From the IMG/VR virus record IMGVR_UViG_3300033067_001501, positions 1 to 25,730 of that record: a stretch of DNA of 25,730 nt; one strand, given 5' to 3'. Source of the stretch: a virus (Duplodnaviria; Caudoviricetes). The notes under the pieces were generated by a model. That model ran no database searches. It was not told the DNA's origin and saw only the letters and a program-made list of their open reading frames with translations. Numbering within the stretch: position 1 is the stretch's first letter; each line of letters starts with the position of its first letter. Position numbers and translations under genes: made by a program. Positions 4,404-13,617 of the stretch are shown here, one piece after another.

Positions 4404-6050
4404 TCACTCCAAATCTGCATGTCGGCACCGCACCGACCAGTCGATCTTCGCAACCCATCCCGCCGACGAAATGTCCTCAAAAAAATTCGGGTCAAAGTCG
4501 CCGCTCTTTCCGCCGTGGTGCAGCACCGTCGCCGTGAACACGCTGGAACGCAACAGCAGGCACCCAAAGCCTGTTCCGCCGACAACCTGCAATCCCTCGC
4601 CCGGCTCGGTGAGAACGCGGCAGGAGCGATCCCACGCGAAGTAGCCCGCCTGATAGCGTGACCTGTACGCACCGGACACGCTCACCGTGTCTTGCTCCAT
4701 GCCGCGCATCAGGCGTTCCACGGCATCGACCGGCGGGAGAACGTCGTCCTCGACGATCAGCGTGTATGGGGTCGCGATCTCTTGTCGGACCCGGTTGTAG
4801 ATCCGCGGCATCGCCCTCTGCACGCCCCGATACACCTCTTCCCGGTGCCTGTTTGCATCCGCCAGCCCGGCGTCCCCGACTCGCATTGCAACGTACTGCG
4901 TGGCTCCGTATCGGCACCCGGCCAGCCAGTGCCGAACGTCGCGACCGAAAGCCTCGTCGTCGCTCGTGTCGACGATCAGGATTCGCGTCTGATCGGTCGG
5001 CCACGCCTGCCGTTCCAGCCAGTCCGCAATCCTCGGCCACCATTGACGACGACCGGAAAGTGGAATCGCAATCGTGACGTGCTCCATCGCCAGCCCTGCG
5101 ACCTCAAAATGCGGTCTCGTCGTCAGGTAGACCGTGTGCCCTTCCCCGTGCCGTCGATACTGGTGGACCGCTGGTGATTTGACCGCCTTCCACCCATCGG
5201 CGAGCAACTGCCGCCAGATATACCAATCTTCCAGCGTGCAAGCCGGGATGTCCCGCTCGAACACGCGGGCCGACTCCAGCGCAATCCGCCGCGCCAGTGA
5301 CGCCGCGTGGATGTAGTTTCGCTGGCTGATGTCACCTGGCTGGAAGTTCAGCCGCTCGTTTCGCAGCCCGAAATTCTGGCAGTCCGTGAACACAATTCCG
5401 ACGCCAGTGTCGAATCGTTTCACGCCCTCGGAGAGGTAATCCGGCCGCAACAGGTCATCCGCGTCAAAGAACGTCACCCAGGGGGCCGTAGTCGCGGCAA
5501 ACCCTGCTGCTCTGGCCTTGTGGATGTTGCGCACGTCGACCGCGATTCGTCGCACCCCGTACCGCTCGCACACTTCCGCCGTGTCGTCCGTCGATGCGTC
5601 ATCGACAACCACGATTTCAGCCGGTGCCATGATCTGCGCGTTGAGGCTGTCCAATGCCTCTGGCAAGAACCTGCCGTAATTGTGGCAAGGAATGATGACG
5701 GCAACCGGTGCGACAGGTTTTTGCTCGCCGCGGTCATCGCACTTTCGGCACACCTTCACGCCCTTTATTGCGTGCTGGTTGATCGTGCATTCCCCCGCGA
5801 TCGCACAGGCGAACACGTCGACAACCGGCCCCCCGACACACCGTTCCAGTTTGCAAGTGTCCTGCCGCAGAACGGAACCGCGATGCACACACGGCAGTTC
5901 GGTCGACGACTGCAGCCGACGTGCGTCTTTGGACCGTGGTAATTCTCCCCGCTGGCACTTCGCCAGCGTCCCGGACGTAACTGCCATTTGCCGTGACGGA
6001 CACCACCCGGCGGCTTGGCACTCGCAGTTTACCGGTTGTCTGGCCCTCAT
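4404..6050 (-). CDS. Cys-rich N-terminal domain fused to two tandem GT-A (GT2-like) glycosyltransferase domains, 548 aa
   Basis: GT 1: VIIPCHNYGRFL, VVVDDASTD, FFDADD, EDW. GT 2: VTIAIP, LIVDTSDD, LIVEDDV, GTGFGCLLL. 11 Cys in the first ~105 aa; ATGA overlap with the upstream gene gives start 6050. Confidence 0.9.
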   Translation of the reverse strand: MRARQPVNCECQAAGWCPSRQMAVTSGTLAKCQRGELPRSKDARRLQSSTELPCVHRGSVLRQDTCKLERCVGGPVVDVFACAIAGECTINQHAIKGVKVCRKCDDRGEQKPVAPVAVIIPCHNYGRFLPEALDSLNAQIMAPAEIVVVDDASTDDTAEVCERYGVRRIAVDVRNIHKARAAGFAATTAPWVTFFDADDLLRPDYLSEGVKRFDTGVGIVFTDCQNFGLRNERLNFQPGDISQRNYIHAASLARRIALESARVFERDIPACTLEDWYIWRQLLADGWKAVKSPAVHQYRRHGEGHTVYLTTRPHFEVAGLAMEHVTIAIPLSGRRQWWPRIADWLERQAWPTDQTRILIVDTSDDEAFGRDVRHWLAGCRYGATQYVAMRVGDAGLADANRHREEVYRGVQRAMPRIYNRVRQEIATPYTLIVEDDVLPPVDAVERLMRGMEQDTVSVSGAYRSRYQAGYFAWDRSCRVLTEPGEGLQVVGGTGFGCLLLRSSVFTATVLHHGGKSGDFDPNFFEDISSAGWVAKIDWSVRCRHADLE

Positions 6051-6946
6051 TGTGTTACCGAACCAGCGAGGTAGTAGGGCGGAATGGTGCATCCACCCGG
6101 ATCAGGTATGTACGTGTTGCCGGGAATCTTGCCGACTTCTTGGATGATTGGATCAGCCGGAACGCCGTTGCACATCGGCCCGGATGCGGTCACCGTATAA
6201 GGAGGAGTCTCTTCGTCGTCATGTAAGATCGGGCCGCTCAAAACAGCGTTTACGGGACTGCAACTTTGCATTGAAAGTGTTCCGAACACGACACCGAGCC
6301 AGCCGCTTGTCGCCGACCAACCGATGTTCTTTTCGTACCATGCCCCATAAACAGTCGTGTTCGGACACGTCTCCCGCCACAGTGCTTCAAATCGTGTCGT
6401 GCTGGCTTTGTACCACGGCGTATCAGCCACCCAGCCCCAGACGCAGGAACCACCTGTTCCGGCGGTGCTCAGGAAATCCGCCCCAGGTGCGAGAACCATA
6501 TCCTTGGCGACGAATATGCGCCCAGTCGGGACGGGCGTGATGCTGTTTCGCGTCCAGTAGCTGCCCGGCCAAAGGTCAATCCCAAAGTCAAACAGGTCGC
6601 GTGATGCAGACACGTACCACCCGCTCCGGCTATGGATCGTGTCGAGTTCGTCGCCGTGCTGTCCGGGAAAGGCGCTTAACGGCCCGTAGGATGTGCGGTA
6701 GGCATTCGGAATCGGGCGCTCGTATGTCAACGGGATGGGACCCGTCTCCTGCATCAGTGTTACACACTCACTCAGTGGACAAAGTGTGTAATTCTGAATT
6801 CCGCCAGACGGCCCGGCGTATTGTGCGAGAACGCGACTCGTCCACAAACCCACATCAAAATCAAGAGACTGCACGCCGTGCCCGCCGTCTCTAAACATCG
6901 TGGACGCACAGCAGGTATCCGTACAGCAGCATCCGCCGAGTGGCAT
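6047..6946 (-). CDS. putative tail-tip protein with N-terminal poly-Cys motif, 299 aa
   Basis: Starts MPLGGCCCTDTCC at ATG 6946 (TAATG overlap); Gly/Trp/Tyr-rich, beta-type composition. Confidence 0.7.
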   Translation of the reverse strand: MPLGGCCCTDTCCASTMFRDGGHGVQSLDFDVGLWTSRVLAQYAGPSGGIQNYTLCPLSECVTLMQETGPIPLTYERPIPNAYRTSYGPLSAFPGQHGDELDTIHSRSGWYVSASRDLFDFGIDLWPGSYWTRNSITPVPTGRIFVAKDMVLAPGADFLSTAGTGGSCVWGWVADTPWYKASTTRFEALWRETCPNTTVYGAWYEKNIGWSATSGWLGVVFGTLSMQSCSPVNAVLSGPILHDDEETPPYTVTASGPMCNGVPADPIIQEVGKIPGNTYIPDPGGCTIPPYYLAGSVTQ

Positions 6947-7215
6947 TACGGACACTCCCCTCCGAGGATTCGATACTGACTGCCGATCTTCCAGACCACG
7001 ACCCGGCTGTTGATGATGTGATCGCCGAAGCAGGCCCACGCAGTAACTGTTCCGTATGCGGTCACGTCCGTTCCGTCGTGCGGTTCCAGTGCTGAATACA
7101 AGCCCACGTTTCCGGATTCACCTTTGACGATGTCTTCTTCGCATACGCCGAGAAACGGCCCGCCGTGGTTCGGGATTCGCGAGTCTTCATTCTGTGGACG
7201 CAGGCTGTTCATCAT
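6946..7215 (-). CDS. small beta-rich putative tail-tip protein, 89 aa, ending ..GGECP
   Basis: Coupled to both neighbours by start/stop overlaps. Confidence 0.7.
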   Translation of the reverse strand: MMNSLRPQNEDSRIPNHGGPFLGVCEEDIVKGESGNVGLYSALEPHDGTDVTAYGTVTAWACFGDHIINSRVVVWKIGSQYRILGGECP

Positions 7216-9218
7216 GCGCCCTCCGCGAGGTCTTCAAACGTCTTGAGCGTCAATTTCGTGCTCGTCTGCGTGTACTCGATCTCAATGACCTGCGGGTATT
7301 TCTTGGTGGCGTTGTCTTCGGCGTTCTGATTGAACGACAGTCCCCGCCCTTCGACTTCGGTGATGATGTCGCCGATTTCGTACTCCGCGTGATAGCCTTG
7401 CAATGTCACCACCGGCGCGAGGCGTGCCGCCTGCTCCAGGTTGCGCGTACGAATTGCCAGCGACTCCAGCGCGGCGGAATCATCCGCCGTGTCGGCCGCT
7501 GGGACAATTCCATCGGTGTAAAGGTTTTCGTCGGCGTACCGGCTGCAATGGGTCGCGTTCGTGTCCTCGATCCGGGTCCGCTTGTGGTATCGCGTTTCCG
7601 CGTTCAGGATCAGTCGAATATCAGCCCCATTCGGGGACACGTCTGTCTTTACCGCTGTGGCCGCAAGCCGCTGGTCGCCCGTTAGACACGCTGTGATCCG
7701 GATGCGAGCGTTCGCCCCCAGTCTGACAATCTCCTCGGGCGGACGCTGGCCCGTGAACATGATGCCGCATTCTCGCGTCAACACGGAGAAGTGAGCATCC
7801 GGAAGCGTGAGCACGTTCCGCCACTCGTCAAGGTCGCCGTACACAGGCGCAGGTGCGAGGTATTCGACGAGGTAATCCCGTCGCCCCCCGTCCGGTGCTT
7901 TGGTCAATGGCGGAGTGAATCGACGACGCCGATAGATGTTCTGGTCGCCAAACGCCTTGTCGCCGCCGACAGTGATTTCAATTGTGTTGAGGTTGAACAG
8001 TGTGTTGCCCGTGCGGGTCGCCGTGTAGTCGCCCGCCTCGTTCAGCACCCACTTCCGCCACACATCCGGGTTCGCTTCGTACTTGCTGTCCTCGCCGTCC
8101 TTTTCGAGTTCCAAGATCGTCAATGCGTCCTTGGCCGCAGACCACGACTTACGGAGTTCAAACGTCCCCTCCACCTCCGGGAATGACCCGTAGGCTTCGA
8201 CGATGTTCGCCCCTTCGGCGATGTTCCAAGTTGCATCGACCGCGGCAACGGCGCTCGTCTCCAGCGATCGGTCATCACCCGACGCAGCCAGCTTGACGGT
8301 TTTCTCGGTGCCTTTCCCGCGCGAGAACACGACGATCTGCCGTTGGTATTCGCCGTCCGCGTTGACCGAGTGCTTCACGTACCACGAGTAGCCGTGCGGC
8401 GTCAGGATTTCGTCAAGCGACTGCGGCAGATACAGCCCCCGGCGGATGGTCCAGTCTTTCAGATCCGGAGCACCGCTCAGCGTGTCGTTCAGCGCCTTGT
8501 AGTCCGGGTTCTTGATGTACGTCTCGCTGCCGTTCAGCCAGTAGCAGAGAGTGTAGACCGCTTCCGCGAGCGTCCACAGCGACGCAGTCTGCCCGATGCT
8601 CGTTTCCGCGTTGTCCGACCGAACGCTCTCCGGGTCCAGCCAGACGTACCACTTGGACCCCACAACAGTATCAACGTCGAGATACCAATCCGCCTTGTTC
8701 GGCATCACCCGCTTGTCGATGCGCGGGTTGAAAATGATGTCCTCATGGATCGTGCGATAGACGTTCTCACTGGAAACGACGAGCATTGCCCGCCAGCCGC
8801 GCACCGGTTCCCCGAAGTGCCACGGCTCGATCCGTGCTGTTGCAGTGACGGACTGCTGGCCGTTCTCGTCCAGCGTCAGTCGCGGCAGGCCCATTTCTCC
8901 ACGAAAGATGATGTCGTCTGGCGGTTCGTCGTCACCTTCCGCCACCAGTTCGCGAACGGCAACCACGTCGATGATTTCGCGGTAACTGACCGGCGTCTTG
9001 ATGTCCTGCAAAACTTCAGTCGTGGCAAACTGGAACTCCGCCACGTCGAGACGTTGACCACCTGCGGCGCGGCGAATGGACATCAGCCGGTACTCCGGCT
9101 TTTCGTCGCCATCGCCCGGCGTTGTGCCGCCCGTCGATGCGCGCACCGCGAACCGTTGTGACTCTTCCGAGACGCGGGCGGAGTCCTCAGTCTTTTTGTT
9201 GTTCGGGGCCGCAGCCAT
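7212..9218 (-). CDS. putative tail/baseplate hub protein, 668 aa
   Basis: Size and position; hub-like motifs (IIFRG, LDEIL...GYSWYV, C-terminal YEIGDII..V..IEY....TKLTL). Confidence 0.65.
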   Translation of the reverse strand: MAAAPNNKKTEDSARVSEESQRFAVRASTGGTTPGDGDEKPEYRLMSIRRAAGGQRLDVAEFQFATTEVLQDIKTPVSYREIIDVVAVRELVAEGDDEPPDDIIFRGEMGLPRLTLDENGQQSVTATARIEPWHFGEPVRGWRAMLVVSSENVYRTIHEDIIFNPRIDKRVMPNKADWYLDVDTVVGSKWYVWLDPESVRSDNAETSIGQTASLWTLAEAVYTLCYWLNGSETYIKNPDYKALNDTLSGAPDLKDWTIRRGLYLPQSLDEILTPHGYSWYVKHSVNADGEYQRQIVVFSRGKGTEKTVKLAASGDDRSLETSAVAAVDATWNIAEGANIVEAYGSFPEVEGTFELRKSWSAAKDALTILELEKDGEDSKYEANPDVWRKWVLNEAGDYTATRTGNTLFNLNTIEITVGGDKAFGDQNIYRRRRFTPPLTKAPDGGRRDYLVEYLAPAPVYGDLDEWRNVLTLPDAHFSVLTRECGIMFTGQRPPEEIVRLGANARIRITACLTGDQRLAATAVKTDVSPNGADIRLILNAETRYHKRTRIEDTNATHCSRYADENLYTDGIVPAADTADDSAALESLAIRTRNLEQAARLAPVVTLQGYHAEYEIGDIITEVEGRGLSFNQNAEDNATKKYPQVIEIEYTQTSTKLTLKTFEDLAEGA

Positions 9219-9901
9219 CAGGACACCAAAAGAGAAGCGGACGGGGCCGCAGGTCCGGAGTTATCGGCGGTCACGTTGATCCCGGTCAGCATGTCGTAAT
9301 TGACCGCCGATGCCGTGGCGAAAATCTTGAATGTGTAGTCGCTGGCCGACGACAGGCCAGCGAAATCGAAGTCCAGGTAAACATCCCCGCCCGTGTAGGT
9401 GACGGTGACGTTGGCTGGAGTCGTCGGCCCGGCTGTCCTGCTCGCGGTGAACGATATCGGCTGCACGCCCGACACAGACGGCGTGTACCGGGTACGTAGT
9501 CGCACGTCCCCACCTGCGCGTAACTGCGTCTCCAACAGAACCAGCGCACCCGCCACACCCGTTACGTCGTCGCCGCCACCGTCTAACGTCAATAGTCGCG
9601 TGCCCTGCGATACTTCGCACTCGACATCATCGAGACAGGGACGGAGTTGCAGACGCAGCGACAGCCCCGCGTAGGCCGACACGTCGAACGTGAACGACCC
9701 TGTCGGGGCGGCCTGAAAAGCCACGCGGTTGGTCTTGCTGGTGCGCACCGTCCCCAAGGATGGCGAGTGTTCCATCCGATGGTTTCGATAGCGAATCGCG
9801 GACGCACCCGGATCAGTTGCGCCCGACGCGAGATAGAGTGAGACGCCCTCGGTCTCAAAAGGCCGATGGCCGAACATCCGCCGCTTCGTGAGAAGTCGCA
9901 T
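9218..9901 (-). CDS. virion structural protein with FN3/Ig-like beta-sandwich character, 227 aa
   Basis: Start MRLLTKRR at 9901; C-terminal FAGLSSASDYTFKIFA resembles the FN3 'L.....Y.F.V.A' motif. Confidence 0.6.
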   Translation of the reverse strand: MRLLTKRRMFGHRPFETEGVSLYLASGATDPGASAIRYRNHRMEHSPSLGTVRTSKTNRVAFQAAPTGSFTFDVSAYAGLSLRLQLRPCLDDVECEVSQGTRLLTLDGGGDDVTGVAGALVLLETQLRAGGDVRLRTRYTPSVSGVQPISFTASRTAGPTTPANVTVTYTGGDVYLDFDFAGLSSASDYTFKIFATASAVNYDMLTGINVTADNSGPAAPSASLLVS

Positions 9902-9905
9902 ATCG

Positions 9906-10577
9906 TTACCCGAAGACAGGGATGGGAGCGCGGAAGGATGTCGTCGTACCAGCACAGGTCACCGCGACCGTGTGCTGATAGACGCGGTCGGTCGTGTAGC
10001 CGGGGGACGATTGCGAGAACTGGAAATCGCCCGTGCTGCTGACCGTGGCAGCCGACGACGTGAACAGGTCCGACCCGGCCCCGTGCTCTCGGGCGGTGAC
10101 CGTGCATGTCGCCGTTGAATCGAGCGTGTACACGTTCAGCGGCTTCCCGTTTCTGGTGATCGTCAGAATGCCCCGCAGTGTCGTTCCCGCCGTGCTCGTG
10201 AACGCGGTCGCCACTTCGACGCCCAGTTCATCTTCACCGATCTCCGCAGCTTGCACGCTGAACGATGTGCGATACAGCCACGCGGTGTCTGTCAACGGCG
10301 CGGGAGACCCGCCCAATCGCTCATAAAACGTGATGCCGTATCGCACGGTCTCCAACGTCTTGTTGAGCAGCGCCAGATTGACCGTGACAGCGTAGGTCGA
10401 TTGGCCGGAACCGCCGCCCGAGGTCTGCTCGGTCATCGTGGCAAAAGGTGTCGTCGCCGACGCAATCGCCTTGAACGTGTTGTCCGAAAAATCGAACACG
10501 TCCCCGGCTGCGTTGTAAATCGCCGCGTAGCAGTTCTTCGACGCGGTGTAATCTTGTGCGAAAGTGTACGAAGCCAT
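9906..10577 (-). CDS. Thr/Ser-rich virion structural protein, 223 aa
   Basis: AAGGA SD; beta-rich; located in the tail module. Confidence 0.7.
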   Translation of the reverse strand: MASYTFAQDYTASKNCYAAIYNAAGDVFDFSDNTFKAIASATTPFATMTEQTSGGGSGQSTYAVTVNLALLNKTLETVRYGITFYERLGGSPAPLTDTAWLYRTSFSVQAAEIGEDELGVEVATAFTSTAGTTLRGILTITRNGKPLNVYTLDSTATCTVTAREHGAGSDLFTSSAATVSSTGDFQFSQSSPGYTTDRVYQHTVAVTCAGTTTSFRAPIPVFG

Positions 10578-10586
10578 CGTGTTTCC

Positions 10587-12320
10587 TTAGCAGCGAACGG
10601 TGCCTGTGAGTTGCAATTTGTCGTAAGTTCCGGTTCCACTCCCGGTGTATTGCAATGCGGTAACGTAGTTGTAGCCGAGCGTTGTGTCTGTTCCCCGCCG
10701 TGCCGTCATCGATATCCCCCCGGACATCGCCGCCCCAATGCAGTACATGCCTGCACTGGGGGTCGGTGACGTGGTCGAGTTGAACGCTAGGGAAATCCTC
10801 GGGTCACCCGTGCCTGAGACACCACCGAACATGGAGAACGTTGGCGCATCTTCCAGCACGCCGATGATGTACCCGAGGCGATACGATGTGGACGCATTCC
10901 ACTCACGCCAGGTGCCGGTTGAGTATGTGTGGCTCCCTCCACCCTCTTCGGAAAACAGTTCCAATGGAACGCGGTTGTAGTAGTTCCAGATGTGCCGCAT
11001 CTTTCGCGTGCTCTCGGTCTGCGCGATACCAGGACTCCCGCCAACAACGCCGCAGTAGAACGTCCCGAGATACCTCCGAGTTGTTGCACCGCTGCGCACC
11101 AACACGCCATCCTGATAGGTCAACGCCGTGGCGCGAGACGAACCGCTCCACGAGGTCATTTCCAGCGTGAGCGTTCCCGCGTTGTCGTAAATGAACACGT
11201 CCGCGATGTTCCCCGTGCTGAGGGCGAACGTCATGGAACGCTCCGTGAACGTGTAAATCGACCACGCACTTCCGTTGTACAGGGCAATCCGATTACCAGC
11301 GTATGGCGTGTAATAAAGCGTCGTTGCCCCGGTCACATCACCAGTTGGGACAGGAACGCCAGTCGATGGGGTCAAACGACCTTCGCAGATGCCGTTGTTG
11401 ACCGACGTCGACGAGGCAATGGTGATCGACCCGGCTCCGTTCGTGACGGTGATCCCGGTCCCGGCCGTAATCGCTGCCGCCGTGTAGGTCGTGCCGTTCC
11501 CGATTGGCAGAAAGCCGTTGCTCGGCGTTGTCGTGATTCCTGTTCCGCCACGCCCAACAGCGAGCGTTCCGCTTGTAATGTCTGCTGCGCTGTGAGTGTG
11601 GGACGGAAGATCACCGGACACCAGCGCCCGGAACGTCGGCGTAGCAGCCCCGCCGCTTGTCGGCCCGCTGAATACGGTGTTGGCCGTCTGCGTTGCCAGC
11701 GTGCCCACCAGCGTACCCGAGGTCGTCACCGGCGAACCGCTCACGTTGATAATCGACGGCAGAGACAGTCCCACGCTTGTCACAGTACCGCCCGACCCCG
11801 TAGCGCTGATCGTCGGATTGCCGCTAACGCCATCGCTGTTCGTAATCGACACGCCAGAACCGGCGGTAAGCGTTCGCACCGTGGCTGTACCGTCGCCAGT
11901 CCGGACGATCAAACCAATCCCGCTCAATCCCTCCAGCGCCGCGAGATCGTTGGCAAGGGCGAGTGTCGGATTCCCGGATACGCCGTTTCCGTCGGTCACA
12001 GTGATCCCCGCAGCAGGCCCGGTAATCGTTCGTGCTGCTGCCGTGCCGTCGCCAGTCCTTGCAACCATCCCGGTTGAGGAAAGCCCCTCATAGGCCGCGA
12101 GGTCATTGGCGAGCGCCAACGTTGGGTTCCCGCTGGCCCCGTCGCTGTTGGTCACGGTGATCCCGGCTGCGGGTGCAGCGATAGTCCGGATCGCCCAGGT
12201 ATTCGTCCCCGTGCGTGCTGCCAGCCCCGTCCCCGTCAATGCCTCAATGGCTTGCAGGTCTGGAGCGTCAGGGATCGCCGAAAGCAAAGGCTTCGGGGTG
12301 AGAACTGGATCGTCAGCCAT
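10587..12320 (-). CDS. tail fibre / receptor-binding protein, 577 aa
   Basis: G/T/S/A-rich; three ~52-aa repeats (RTGDGT..RT...AGITVT..DGVSGNPTLALANDLAA); HTHSAADITSGTL..RGGTG fibre motif; aromatic C-terminal head domain. Confidence 0.85.
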   Translation of the reverse strand: MADDPVLTPKPLLSAIPDAPDLQAIEALTGTGLAARTGTNTWAIRTIAAPAAGITVTNSDGASGNPTLALANDLAAYEGLSSTGMVARTGDGTAAARTITGPAAGITVTDGNGVSGNPTLALANDLAALEGLSGIGLIVRTGDGTATVRTLTAGSGVSITNSDGVSGNPTISATGSGGTVTSVGLSLPSIINVSGSPVTTSGTLVGTLATQTANTVFSGPTSGGAATPTFRALVSGDLPSHTHSAADITSGTLAVGRGGTGITTTPSNGFLPIGNGTTYTAAAITAGTGITVTNGAGSITIASSTSVNNGICEGRLTPSTGVPVPTGDVTGATTLYYTPYAGNRIALYNGSAWSIYTFTERSMTFALSTGNIADVFIYDNAGTLTLEMTSWSGSSRATALTYQDGVLVRSGATTRRYLGTFYCGVVGGSPGIAQTESTRKMRHIWNYYNRVPLELFSEEGGGSHTYSTGTWREWNASTSYRLGYIIGVLEDAPTFSMFGGVSGTGDPRISLAFNSTTSPTPSAGMYCIGAAMSGGISMTARRGTDTTLGYNYVTALQYTGSGTGTYDKLQLTGTVRC

Positions 12321-12955
12321 TATCGCTCCGCGTAGTCATAGGTGATAGTTGCCGTGCCACTCGCCGCGGTCGCGGTGAATCGCACGCCGTCAGTTGCCAC
12401 CATGTCGGGCGGCATGGTGAGAAGATTGGCCGTCAGACTCGTGACACTGCCCCGGTTGCCAGAGTCTGGCTTGTCGTCGATGCCGTAGGCCGCGAAGTTG
12501 TAGGAACCGCTCGGCCCGATCGGATTACTCGTCAGCACGTAGGCGCGGTCCGTGTCGTACAGGGTCCGCACCTCATTCGAGTAATTGACCGCACCGCCCG
12601 GCGTGTCGCCCCACGCAATAGCCACGAGGCGTGAATCAGCAGGCCATCCCGTGGTTGTGACCGTGGCGATAGCCTTGTTGTACGGCCTCTCCGGCAATGT
12701 TGACCCGTAGTCCGTGCCGAACTGTGCCGGGTCAATCGCGACGATGGCGAGCACCTGCGGCCAAAGCGACCACGACAGCGGCGCGATGATTCGACGCTCG
12801 CTCGTCCCGGTCGTCGCCCCGATCAGGGACCGACCGGCATAAAGCTGATATGCGTACTGATCCCCGTAGGTCGATTCAAAGTCGACCCGAATCGACGATG
12901 CCGAGGCCCACGATGCCGATGTAATGCGGAATCCGCCGAGGTAAGGCGCTGACAT
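12320..12955 (-). CDS. tail structural protein (Ig/FN3-like), 211 aa
   Basis: Position after the Dit-like gene; beta-sandwich pattern (GSYNFAAYGIDD..GN); TAATG overlap with the fibre gene. Confidence 0.65.
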   Translation of the reverse strand: MSAPYLGGFRITSASWASASSIRVDFESTYGDQYAYQLYAGRSLIGATTGTSERRIIAPLSWSLWPQVLAIVAIDPAQFGTDYGSTLPERPYNKAIATVTTTGWPADSRLVAIAWGDTPGGAVNYSNEVRTLYDTDRAYVLTSNPIGPSGSYNFAAYGIDDKPDSGNRGSVTSLTANLLTMPPDMVATDGVRFTATAASGTATITYDYAER

Positions 12956-12956
12956 G

Positions 12957-13361
12957 TCATGTCCTCAGTTGGCGGAAAGTGAGTTCAAGAACGGCCATCC
13001 AGCCGGAGTAGCCAGGCGCAGAACTGGCACCGGTCACCGGGATAGGCCCACGCATCCGACGCACGGAAATCAGCGTGCAATTGGCGAACGGCCGCGAGAT
13101 AGGCCCGGTCTCGACCAGGCTTCCATTCGTGTTTACCAGTGCTTCCAGGTTGACAATCGCGTCGTTGCATGCTGACGATGTTGAATACGAATCGAACAGC
13201 GTGTGTTGCAGCGTGAAGTCTCTGGGCCCGGTTTTGCCCCTGACTTCGGTTGCCCCACGCAGACCCATCGTCATCACCTCACTGCGCAACGGTTCCGGCG
13301 CGGTGGTGAGGATGTCCCCGTGAATTCCCGGAATCGAAATGCCGCGAAAGGCGATGGCCAT
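12957..13361 (-). CDS. putative distal tail (Dit-like) protein, 134 aa
   Basis: First same-strand gene after the tape measure; size and 'GPRDFTL...LELTFRQL' pattern. Confidence 0.55.
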   Translation of the reverse strand: MAIAFRGISIPGIHGDILTTAPEPLRSEVMTMGLRGATEVRGKTGPRDFTLQHTLFDSYSTSSACNDAIVNLEALVNTNGSLVETGPISRPFANCTLISVRRMRGPIPVTGASSAPGYSGWMAVLELTFRQLRT

Positions 13362-13617
13362 GATTGATTACGCGATGTTTTGGATCGCCCAGATTGTTCG
13401 TGCGATAACTGGAATGGTGATTGTTCTTGCGTTCGTTCGCGGATTGTTTCCAGGCAGCGCTGACGCTGTTAGCGGATACCTCTCATCGTGTGCGCCTTAT
13501 TTCTTGATGTCTCACATCATCTGCCGCCTGTCCCTGCCGCAGCCGAAACCGGAATCCGGGGGACGTGCATCTTCTTTGGCTCGACTGTCAACGGCTTCTC
13601 AACTGCCGCCTTCATAG
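13360..13617 (+). CDS. small hydrophobic membrane protein, antisense to the late operon (moron-like)
   Basis: MIDYAMFWIAQIVRAITGMVIVLAFVRGLF...YLSSCAPYFLMSHIICRL; occupies a ~155-bp, more AT-rich gap in an otherwise tightly packed operon. Confidence 0.5.
   Translation: MIDYAMFWIAQIVRAITGMVIVLAFVRGLFPGSADAVSGYLSSCAPYFLMSHIICRLSLPQPKPESGGRASSLARLSTASQLPPS

Noticed and set aside
3855-4661. 268-aa plus-strand ORF after the integrase
   Set aside because: Antisense to the RHH gene, small RNA and GT gene; no protein-like motifs.
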